Shown: in pieces, positions 15,122-24,843 of the stretch | Layout of the letters: the number at the start of each line of letters is the position of its first letter | Numbering within the stretch: the first letter of the stretch is position 1 | Position numbers and translations under genes: made by a program | Origin: Polymyxa betae A26-41 | Lineage: Eukaryota; Protista; Endomyxa: Phytomyxea | Reading direction: 5' to 3' | Assembly: GCA_003693705.1 (NCBI GenBank) | Contig: RBZT01000705.1 | Coordinates: 79,356-143,355 of the forward strand | DNA length: 64,000 bases | The notes under the pieces: model-generated | Told to the model about the DNA's origin: nothing | Database searches by the model: none | What the model saw: the letters and a program-made list of their open reading frames with translations, nothing else

Positions 15122-15470
15122 TGATCAAATGATTGCGCGAATACCGCCGATCTGTCTCTCTCCAGAACTTGACGTCTGGGCTCAGACAGCGGCCGATACA
15201 GACCCCAAATCGGCCCCAAGACCCCACCAGCAACCATATCCAACTGAAGGGATCCCTCAGATCCCGTTCAGATGCGGTTGGCTTCAGCGATCGGGGGCCG
15301 GTATGACTCGGCCGATCCTTTTCGCAACTCTCTGGAATGATGTTGGGCATTGCTGGGCTCGATACGTTAACTGAACACCTCATTGCAATGTGGATGTCGA
15401 ATGGTTGATCGGGCATGGAAGGGAATAGAAACCCTAATCACTGCCTGCCGGTCTTTCACCAAATTGATTG

Positions 15471-16070
15471 ATGATTGTAATGTTACTTTCTCAATTAAAC
15501 TCTTCCCTCCTTATGATGTAATGTTACCTTCCTAATAATCCCTTCCATCGTAAATAATGTAATGCTAATCCGGCCATAGAGTGCATTCTGTTATTATGGT
15601 AGACGAGCTACCGGTAAGATCGCCGAAATCGTCATGTTTCGCCTGCTGGAGTGCAAACAGGACCAGAACCAGCTAAGAGTTGTACCGCTGTTCTTGCAGA
15701 TTATCAAAGCAAACGATGGCAGAAAGAAGGCAGATCCCGCGGCTACGAATCCGACGAATGGGTTGGTTAGGGTTTCAAATTTGAAACATACGCTATTTGA
15801 ACGTGTATCGCCTGGACCTTGTCTACAGAAATGATTATCCTCAAGCGCTTCTATTATGAGGGTAGAGTGTATTAAAAAAGTAACATTACAGCATTAGGAA
15901 AGAAGGGTTTACAGTATTAAGAAAGTAACATTGTCCTATGGAGGGAAGCGTCTATTAAGAACGTAACATTACATCATAAGGAGGGAAGAATTTAAGAACG
16001 TAACATTATATCATAAGGAGGGAAGAATTTGTTAAGAACGTAACATTATATCATAAGAAGGGAAGGGTTT
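15471..16070. repeat. Fold-back element: inverted arrays of a ~37-45 bp unit around a ~300-bp core
   Basis: Left array has gtaatgttac-type cores at 15477, 15518, 15559; right array has gtaacatt at 15880, 15925, 15963, 16000, 16040; cttccctccttatgatgtaatgttac (15502-15527) is the exact reverse complement of 15963-15988. Confidence 0.8.
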
Positions 16071-16664
16071 ACATACATGAGAGGTGCATATTGCGTATGT
16101 TATAGAGAGATGTGGTATCCCTCTGACCATTGATTATCATTCAGGTTCAGGAATGCATCCGATCAGCTTCGCTGACCCAGACCGACATCCGCAATGGTTG
16201 TTGCCACTATGTCCTGTGTATTGAGATACTGACCATGTCCTGCACAGCGCTGATCTGATTCGTGGTCTGGCGCGATGCCATGATGAACGCTCGGTGGCCA
16301 AGTTCTTCGGCGCCTGTAATGGTATCAAATCATTACTAGATCAATGTGTTAAGAAAGAGGTCTTGTTACTATCTGCGGATCCATTTACCGGTCTCAGATT
16401 TATTCATTAGAAATTACCAAAACGGCAGAAGAATCTCGAGGAAGCACGACGCTTGCGGGCGAAATGGGCTGAAACCAGAAAAACCCATGACGAGATAAGA
16501 TAGTCGATATTGAATCCAGATCTGTCTCTACTAAAGTATTCGTCCTTTGACTCTTCTTGGACACCAGCTTCGTAAACCCTAATACCCTAGCCAATCTTTG
16601 CCTACCTCGTCCAATACAAAGGTACGATGAATTCGTTTTTTTTGTATGTTTTAGGATCCCAGGC

Positions 16665-17097
16665 TCACATGAATGAGCTGTTGAGCGCGCAAACCTCTGC
16701 GGATGGTAGTCCGCGAGCGCCCCCGGAACTGTGACTGATCCATGGCTTCGTGATGAATTGCAATGCCGACTGGGCCGGTATTTCTGCCCGCAATCCACAA
16801 AAGCCCTGGAATAAACATTCCAGGGCTAACCCCGCGACCCTCTCTTCGATATAGGCGTCGCGTGTTGGATTGTAGCCGGGCAGAAACTCCCGCAGACGCT
16901 GGCGTAGGGTCGCCAGTTCTTGGGCTTTTTTCTTTCGACAATGCCGGAAGAAGAGGCTCCAGGCTGTCGTTGTGTTCCTTGGCCGATTTGAGCTGTTTCG
17001 ACAGCCTGGCGACTTTTTTAGAAGCCTTCCAGACGAGACCTGCCTCGTGAATAGCCCATAACTTGCTCGTCGCCACTGCGCTTTTGGATAACAAAAC
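16665..17097 (-). pseudogene. Frameshifted coding remnant divergent from the Rep gene
   Basis: After an acceptor-like ttttatag reads VLLSKSAVATSKLW...LSKEK, then continues in another frame at a 6-nt homopolymer (16926-16931) as AQELATLRQRLREFLPGYNPTRDAYIEERVAGLALECLFQGF...FM*; no family recognised. Confidence 0.35.
16802..16827. repeat. Perfect 11-bp hairpin
   Basis: agccctggaat-aaac-attccagggct. Confidence 0.85.
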
Positions 17098-17153
17098 CTA
17101 TAAAAATTCGTTTTTAGGGCTAGGGTTTATAACTCGGGATGCCTTCTTGTGTT

Positions 17154-17357
17154 GCGCTGTCCGTGGGTGCGTCAGGAGCCAGCGTCGTAGTGTGGGCGCC
17201 ATTTTTAAACAATGGTTTCAATGTTTATTGACGATGAGGCGGATGCTGTCGACGTTGGCGAAGGTGTTGACGGTGAAGAAGAAGTTGTTGACGGTGAAGA
17301 AGAAGTCGATTTGGCAAAGAGGACTCGTTCGATGGTTTTCACGCTCCATGTGAACCA
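17154..17357 (+). repeat. Left 204-bp inverted repeat (Rep upstream region and 5' end)
   Basis: Reverse complement of 18359-18562 with two mismatches seen by eye. Confidence 0.95.
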
Positions 17358-18511
17358 GGAACTGTTTTTTGCTGGAGGTTTCGCTCGGCTGCGCTCCGGT
17401 TGCCGGTGTTCCGGATCCTGAGCTGTTGGTCCAGGCGTTGCCTCACAAATACCTGGTGTATGGTCGTGAAGTATGTCCGACGACGGGTTCGTTCCATCTA
17501 CAGGGTTACGTGCAATTTCGTAACTCGATGTCGTTCCGCTCTATCCACGCCAAGCTCGCTCCGTACAAAGCATGGTTGCGCTGTGCGTACGGCACCGCTG
17601 CTTCCAATCGTCTTTACTGTTCGAAGGGTGGCGATTTCTTCGAGAGCGGACACTTTCCCAAAAACGAGAACGGATGCCGGTGGGAGAATGCTCTTGAACT
17701 CGCTCGCATGGGCAAGATCGACGACGTGGACGCTCAGACTCTGGTTCCATATGTGCGGTCCTTGGAGCGTCTTGAGGAACGACACATGTTTAATCAGGGC
17801 CTTCCGATTCTTGCTGAGTGTCGTAACGTCTGGGTGTGCGGTCCCACACGTTGTGGGAAATCGTCTATTCTCACGCGGCTGTTCCGTTCGTGCGATGTTT
17901 ACAGCAAGATTCAGAACAAAAACTGGTGCAACTACCGTCGTCAACCGGTCGTATTAATCGACGATGTCGATTCGGATGGTTTCGGTCGTTGGGCGCTGTC
18001 GCATCTCAAGATCTGGACGGATTATAAACCATTTCCCGCTGAGCGTAAGTATGGTAATGTAAACATTCGGCCATATCATTTTATCATAACGTCGAACGAG
18101 ACGCCGGAATCCGTCTTCGGTAATTCCGCTCCCGCCCATCGTGACGCGGTCCTCAGTCGTTTCAAAGTCATTAACCTGTTCGACTGCTGTGGGAATGCGG
18201 CATTTTGCCGTTGTGCGACTCATCATCCCGCATTGTATCCCGAGGAGTCGTTGGTGCGTTTTATCAAAGAAACTGTCGCATGGTTTGCGTACGACGAGAA
18301 GAATCGAATTAATGTCCACTATCCCCCGGATGATCCGTTCTTTCGTGTCGAAGAGGATTGGTTCACATGGAGCGTGAAAACCATCGAACGAGTCCTCTTT
18401 GCCAAATCGACTTCTCCTTCACCGTCAACAACTTCTTCTTCACCGTCAACACCTTCGCCAACGTCGACAGCATCCGCCTCATCGTCAATAAACATTGAAA
18501 CCATTGTTTAA
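17212..18511 (+). CDS. rep: CRESS-type replication initiator Rep (HUH endonuclease + SF3 helicase) with one frameshift at T6 17365-17370
   Basis: Motif I VFTLH (frame of 17212); motif II FHLQGY, motif III YCSK, Walker A GPTRCGKS, Walker B VLIDDVD, motif C IITSN and Arg-finger-like AVLSRF (frame of 17369). Confidence 0.93.
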
Positions 18512-18562
18512 AAATGGCGCCCACACTACGACGCTGGCTCCTGACGCACCCACGGAAAGCGC
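18359..18562 (-). repeat. Right 204-bp inverted repeat (second copy of Rep 5' end)
   Basis: Encodes on the minus strand MVSMFIDDEADAVDVGEGVDGEEEVVDGEGEVDLAKRTRSMVFTLHVNQ, nearly identical to ORF 17212. Confidence 0.95.
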
Positions 18563-18613
18563 CAAAAGTGGGTTGCGCGGGGGTCGCGCACCCACTAATA
18601 CTAGGGCGCTGTC
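18555..18613 (-). promoter_or_regulatory. Putative rolling-circle origin stem-loop with TAGTATTAG nonanucleotide
   Basis: Minus-strand TAGTATTAG at 18603-18595 (8/9 match to TAGTATTAC); inner stem agtggg-t-tgcgcg/cgcgca-cccact; outer stem gaaagcgcc/ggcgctgtc; lies ~90 nt upstream of the minus-strand Rep start. Confidence 0.65.
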
Positions 18614-19254
18614 ATATAAAATAGGGTTGCAGGAGTCCAGGCTATGATGGACTCCGGTTGCGTGCGCCTTTCGGCCATCGCCTGAGAGCATGTGGTTGTG
18701 CAGCTTCGCACATTCCCGGCCTTCACGATCGGGAGAGAAAGCGAAGAGAGAGTGAGAAGGTTACGTCTACGGGACCGTGGTCGAATTGTCGCTCAATTTC
18801 CTCTTTTGTTTATTTTTGTAAATCAATATTAATAACATTTACTGATGGCTATGCTCTTAGAAAGAAAGCAGTGGGTCTAGTCATAACGCTTTACCGAAAT
18901 GTTCTCGATTCGCTATCTTGTCCTGTCCCTGAAATCTTAGATCAGATGTCACATGCTGTGGTTGCGTACTGTACGGTATGTAGAATCAATGATCTGTGAT
19001 AATAGTTGCCGTTTTATTGCGATTTTCTGATGCTACGCTGTGCCTAAACTCATCAAATGCGCTCTCGTGATCAATATCAGCCATCCTGGTGACCGAGATT
19101 TCACTTTATCCACCCGTCAACGTTTTGACAAAAAAAAACATTTCATAAATTATTCGCAGCTACAGCATGGCGGAATTTTTCTTTCGCCCAGAATCTGAAC
19201 AGATTTCTGCATAGTAATAACCTATTTACACAATATCATGGAGATAATCGTTAA

Positions 19255-22030
19255 CTATATTAATGTTGGTAGATTATTAGTTGATCTTGATCTAATAATG
19301 ATCTTCTGTAATGCATTTGTTAATCTCTGTCCAGCCTTCACAACCGACATCGATTTCATGACGAACGGCAACATTCCAGATGAACAGCGCCGATATCTTC
19401 CGGGGTCTTTCAGGACCTGGGCCTGGGCCAGCTCGAACTCCAGCACGCGGCTCGGACGGCGTGCTGGCCCGGCCGCGACAGCGGGCGGCTTCGCAAACAG
19501 CGACCTCGTCGTTGGTTTCGGCGCCGTGCGCTCGCCACTGGGCGGTAGTTCGGTCATGAACACGGAGCAGCGGTGCAGGACGTCGTCGGCGATCCGATCC
19601 AGGTCGTTCTCGACGGCGACTGCGTCGATCTGCAGATTCCATTCCGTGGCGGACGCCGACCGACGACGACGCTGTAGTCGCTGCCGCCCTGATAGACCAT
19701 CATCGAATGGGGCCAGCATGGGATCCCCCAACACCCCCACGGTCGTACCATCCGTTACCGATACGAGCGTGATACTGGTGCTGTGGTACTGGCCCACGGC
19801 CAGGCACCGGATCGGTGCCAGATACCGCAGGACCCGGACGGCGTCGTTGGCGACGCGGAACTCGGCGATTCTGTTGATGTTGGAGGCGGCGGCGACGTCC
19901 AGCCCGATAACGATACCGTCGACTGTGGCCAGGTACACGTGACCGTGCGCATCATCGGCTGCGATCGCGGTCAGGGCGTGCTCGCCCACCACCTGCGATG
20001 TGGCGCGCAGACGGCATGTGCGCCGCCGCTGGGCCGGCATGACCCAGGTCTTGACGACGTTGTTCTGATCGATGGAGACCATCAGAGACGTGGTCGTCGT
20101 GATCATGGTCACGAACATGACCGCGGCGTCATGGGCGCGCTGGTTCAGTACGACGCAGGTCGAGGGCCAGATCTGCTGTACGACCAGGCGACCGTCGCTG
20201 CGTCCGGCCGCCACCCACGACCCGCAGTCCGAGACGAACACGGTGACGGCGTCCTCGAGTCCGTCCACGAACACGGCCTGGTTCAGTACGGCATCGCCGG
20301 CCGACGTACTGGTCCGATATCGGCCCGATTTCTCCACCAACACGACCTGATCACGGCACGAACTCGCTCGAATCCATGTGGGCGGACATGCTGGCCCCGA
20401 CGGTATGCTGTACACGTGAGCGTTATGATGGAGACTGTAGGCGGCCACGTTTCCGTCGGTCTGTACGATGAAGAGGGTTGCGCCCCTGCGATCGAGATCG
20501 ATAGAGATGACGGATACAGATAGTGGGATACGAGATTGTAACAGACCTGTTAGAGATGACCAGATAGTGATCAGATCGGGGTCGTGGTGCCATACAATCA
20601 CACGTAATAGAGCGCTGCTGTACAGAACGTCGCAGACCGCGCCCATCATCATCTCGTCGTCCGCGGCCGAATACTGGACCAGGTCGTCGCCATCGCCGGC
20701 CAGCACGAGACGATCGCGAAACGCGACCATGGCCGTCAGCGACCGGTTCGTTCGGATTCGCTGGACGACGAGTCAGTGGCGGACCCCTGTCACCGACTCG
20801 GGGACCAGTATTACCTGAGAACAGACGAGCTGGGTCAGATTCCATGTCATGATACATCCGCCTATATCAGCAGTAATCATTGTATCATGTACGAATATGA
20901 TAGAATGAATCTCTGTATGATGTTCTCTTGTTTGAAATAGACGAATATTGGAGTATGGATTATATATACTGATACGTCTATCATATGTACATACTGCCAA
21001 CATACAATGATTAGGAGTAAATGATATCAATGATACACCATGAGAGACATCGAACAGGATTGTGGGTGATTCTGTCACCTATAGGGGGGCTCTGAAACCC
21101 TAAAACCCTAGCCGACCATCAACCACCGACCTGTATACAATCGCGCCCATCGCGCCGATATTCCCTCATAATCCATCCACGAATAGTTCGATCAAGAGAT
21201 CCAGATACGAACAGGTTCGTTGATATACTACAGATCGATGTAACCTCATCCGTATGCAGAGCGGGAATACTGGCCGACGACCACGTCAACTGCGCCTGGG
21301 CATCGTACTCGGCCATGGCCATCGACCCGTCATTGAACCCGGCCACGATCGATCCGTTCCTCAGCGCCGCCAGCGCCGTACACGGCGTCGTGATACGGAG
21401 CGCCGACGCCGTCGTCGTCGTCGTCTGCAGCGGGATCGCCTCGATCGTCGAGCTCGTCGCCGTCACCAACACCGCGATCGATGCGCGCGGCACCGTCATC
21501 GTGATCACGTCGTTGACGTCGCCGCGCGCCAGTACGACGTCCGCGAACTGGCGCATGGTGACGGCATCGTACAGATGCGCCCGATGACGTCCGTCGACGA
21601 CGGCGATGATGGCGCCGAGGTCGGCGCTGTACAGCAGGCGTTTGGCGAGACGGCGTCCGGGGACCAGAGCCGCGCCGGGCATGCGGCGATACCGCCGCTC
21701 CGTCGGTAGACGGCGTCGCTCCTGATGCTGGTGGCCGTACAGGACCAGGGCGTCGAGGAACTCGGCGAAATCGACGACACCGTTGTCGTTGAGGTCCATG
21801 GCCCGGAACATGGCCGCCAACGCCACGGCGCCCGGCCGCTCCTGGAACCAGGCCAGGCCGTGCAGGCGGGCCAGCAGGGCCTGGACGAATTCGGCCTGGG
21901 TCACGCCCGGGCCGAGCCGCCCGGCCAGCTGGTCCAATACGTCGCGGTCGATGGTCAGGACGATCTGCTGGATCAGGTCGTCGACGCCCTGCAGACGCCT
22001 GTACAGGCGCGTCCGGGGCGTCGCTGGCAT
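19255..22030 (-). CDS. EF-hand + WD40 repeat protein (WDR49/WDR64-like architecture), spliced
   Basis: EF-hand MFRAMDLNDNGVVDFAEFL; WD repeats LFVSGSLDRTIRGW, MITADIGGCIMTWN, MVSIDQNNVVKTW; GT-AG introns near 21080-21130 and 20762-20815 join the three ORFs; 3' end uncertain. Confidence 0.75.
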
Positions 22031-22196
22031 CGCTAGCCAGGGGGCGGGTACGCCTTCTTCGCCGCGAATCTCACTGCCGCATTGCAACGATCACAGTCGG
22101 GATTTCTGGGGTCAAGGGGCCAGTTCGACGTGTTGTTGGACCGGCTGACCCTGAACGGTGTTCGGGTACGATCGGCAGTGACGATCGGGACGGTGA

Positions 22197-22870
22197 ATGT
22201 CGGACCTGGCTCGGGAGCTTCGACGTCTCTATGCGGATGTGAAATCGTGGGCGCCATCGGATCACGAAGGCAGACCGCAGACACCATTTCAGGAACATGT
22301 TGGAGATGCGCCGGCTGGGTTGAAGATGGCGCTGACCTGTGGATAGGAGTCGAGACCGAGGTCGCCGCCAGGGGAGAATGTCTCGCAGCTGACGACATCG
22401 GTCTTGCAGATGTTCGAAACACGATGTCGATCTATGGAGGAGCGTATTGCGACTCTGGAAAAGAGAGAGTTGGATCTATTCGAGGCATTTGACCCTGATT
22501 TGTGACATTTTATTCATACGATGAATATCGCTATCTAGGAACTAGAACGCCGAATATCATCCAGATTTCAATCTATGGCTGATCATCAGAATAATATCAA
22601 GGATGTATTATGTGGTGAATTCAACAGATTAGATGGACTTATTCGACGAAGGTGGCGATGGATTTCTAGAATGATTTGTTTGCTGAGAATGTGATTAGTG
22701 AACATGATCATAGCCGAATGCATCATGATCTTTATGATGGGCAACAGATTCGTATTCAGCAACAGATACGGCATAATACTGATATGATCAATGTTGTCGA
22801 TGAAGAGGTTCGACAGGTTAAGAGGCGTCTCACGGAGGCTCTTGAATTATTCAATAGAAAATGGAATTGA
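22197..22870 (+). CDS. Small coiled-coil protein, 4 exons
   Basis: MSDLARELRRLYADVKSW...|ESRPRSPP...MEERIATLEKRELDLFE|ELERRISSRF...|EHDHSRMHH...EEVRQVKRRLTEALELFNRKWN*; one intron needs a GC donor. Confidence 0.55.
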
Positions 22871-22904
22871 TTGTTTGATAATATAATAACCGCTTTCACG
22901 TGTG

Positions 22905-23285
22905 TTTGGATGGTATTGGTATGGATGACGTTTGTATTGATGACATTTGTATTGATGAGATCTGTATGGATGAGATATTTGAGATGACTGGATGAGATGT
23001 TGTTTTGTATGGATGAGATTTGTATGGATGAGATGTTGTTTTGTATGGATGAGATTTGTATGGATGAGATTTGTATGGATGAAAAATGTTTGTTTTGTAA
23101 TGATGGCATTTGTTTGTATTGGAAGGATGAGCTATTATTGATGACATTTGTATTGACGAGATTTGTACATATGGATGAGATTTTTCTGTTGTATTGATGG
23201 CATTTGTATAGATGAGATTTGTATGGATGAGATGTTTGTAATTTGAAGGGATGAGCCATCATTTGTATGGAGGACATTTGTATGG
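22905..23285 (+). repeat. Degenerate 15-bp minisatellite (consensus ~TTTGTATGGATGAGA)
   Basis: Many copies of tgtatggatgaga and variants, intergenic. Confidence 0.9.
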
Positions 23286-23392
23286 CCGTGCTCATATCAG
23301 AGTAAAGATTTACAGCTTTGTTCGGAGATTCGATAAGTGCGCCGCTCACGCAATATCTCATTGATTTTTGTATTCGTCGTTCTGCTGTGCTC

Positions 23393-24709
23393 ATGTCTTC
23401 GGCCGATTCAGCTGAGGCGACGTCATCGCTGCCGCCCTGTCGGCGACTCTTCATCGGCGGCCTGTCGTGGGACACGTCCGACGAAAAATTCCACCAATAC
23501 TTCGAGCAGTTCGGCGCCATCGAAGAAGCCATTATCATGCGTGATAAAGGGACCGGGCAATCACGAGGATTCGGATTCGTGACGTTCGTCAACCTCGAGC
23601 CTGTACAGACGGTTCTATCGCAAAGTCTCGAACTCGATGGGCGCCAGATCGACCCGAAAATTGCCGTCCGAAAGGAAGAGATGGACAAGCGCAATCAGGC
23701 GTCGTTGCCGCCTCGCGAAACCACCGACCGAAAGATTTTCGTCGGTTCGATTTCTCCCGAGGTCACGCAGGAGTCGTTTAAAGCGTATTGGGAGACATTT
23801 GGTGCCATCCAGGAGGCGGTCGTTATGAAAGGCTACGGATTCGTTAGATTTACAGAGCAAGAGACGGTCGAGAAGGTGTTGAAGCACCCGGAGCACATTA
23901 TTAACGGGCACAAAGTCGAGCCGCAGCGAGCCGTTCATAGACGCAGCGTGCACGAGCGTCGCACATCCGAACGTCATCGCCCTGAATCAGATCATGGCTA
24001 TGGGCCGACTAGGGATAGGTATCCGCCGCCGACATCGCGTTGGTCGCCGCCCGATTATCATCGCGAGTACCCCCGGGCGCCGCGCGACCTGCCGCCCCGC
24101 GACTATCGTGAACGTCCCAGGGACCCGCGAGATGTGCCTCGTGATCCTCGGGAGTCGTATGATTACGGCCGTGATCGTTATGGGCCCTATGATGATAGCC
24201 GTTACGATAGTCGTCGTTTATACGAGTCGCGTTATGCACCGCCGCCGTCGTCGACAACATCGACGGCCGCCGATCCTTACGACCTGTATCATTTCGATCA
24301 GTATCCGGATTTCGAGCCCGCTGCATCGTACCCGCCGCCGTCGTCGTCGTCCGCCAATGGTTAGTGAGAAATAGCGACGCTCGACATTTTGAGTTGCTAG
24401 GTGTGTAGTTCGGGTTTTTAGAGTTGACTCGCCGCTATAGGTCGTTCGTACTACCCCGACGGTTCCGGGCCGTATTCGGACAGTTTAAGTCGAGGGCCGC
24501 CGCCAGCATCGTCGTATAGTGATGCGTATGGTTATGGCGATCGTTATGCTAGCAGTGATCATGGGTACGCGCCAGAAAGCGTGCAAGGTAGCTACGGGCG
24601 AGAATCGTATAGTTCCGTCACCGAGCATGGACGACCATCATCGTATTCGTCGAGACCAGGGCCAGTGCCGTCTCGAGGTTCAAGATACGATCCATATGGG
24701 CGACCTTAG
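23393..24709 (+). CDS. Two-RRM RNA-binding protein, hnRNP A1/Musashi/Hrp1 family
   Basis: RNP2 LFIGGLSW, RNP1 RGFGFVTF; second RRM KIFVG...GYGFVRF; after an intron at ~24360-24439 ends SRGSRYDPYGRP* (PY-NLS-like). Confidence 0.9.
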
Positions 24710-24843
24710 AGCATTCGTTTCAGGGAGATTTGCAGTTAAACAATTTTTTAATCGACTACAGCTGCTCGTAGAGCAACCGTCAATACATAATGGTTATATA
24801 TACAATGGGATGATGAATTCAGCAGAAAGTATCATCAGTGTGT

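Larger units (their letters stand above)
17154..18660. mobile_element. Endogenous CRESS-DNA virus-like element (Rep + inverted duplication + origin)
   Basis: Intronless Rep ORF, 204-bp inverted repeats and a nonanucleotide-like hairpin inside an intron-rich eukaryotic genome. Confidence 0.85.

Noticed and set aside
15870-16070. CRISPR-like ~38-bp periodicity
   Set aside because: Whole units repeat with no variable spacers; it is a tandem array with an inverted partner
16400-17094. Viral capsid gene opposite Rep
   Set aside because: No Arg-rich N-terminus or recognisable jelly-roll features; cannot be supported
18359-18511. Mucin-like S/T/P domain at the Rep C-terminus
   Set aside because: It is simply the antisense reading of the inverted Rep 5' end
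21095-21110. True telomere or chromosome end
   Set aside because: Only two units inside an intron, with genes continuing on both sides
19238-22492. Numerous long overlapping ORFs on both strands
   Set aside because: Expected shadow ORFs of high-GC sequence; only the minus-strand frame has EF-hand/WD40 motifs
22756-23694. 312-aa minus-strand ORF with ISSIQ repeats
   Set aside because: Translation of the 15-bp minisatellite plus antisense of the RRM gene
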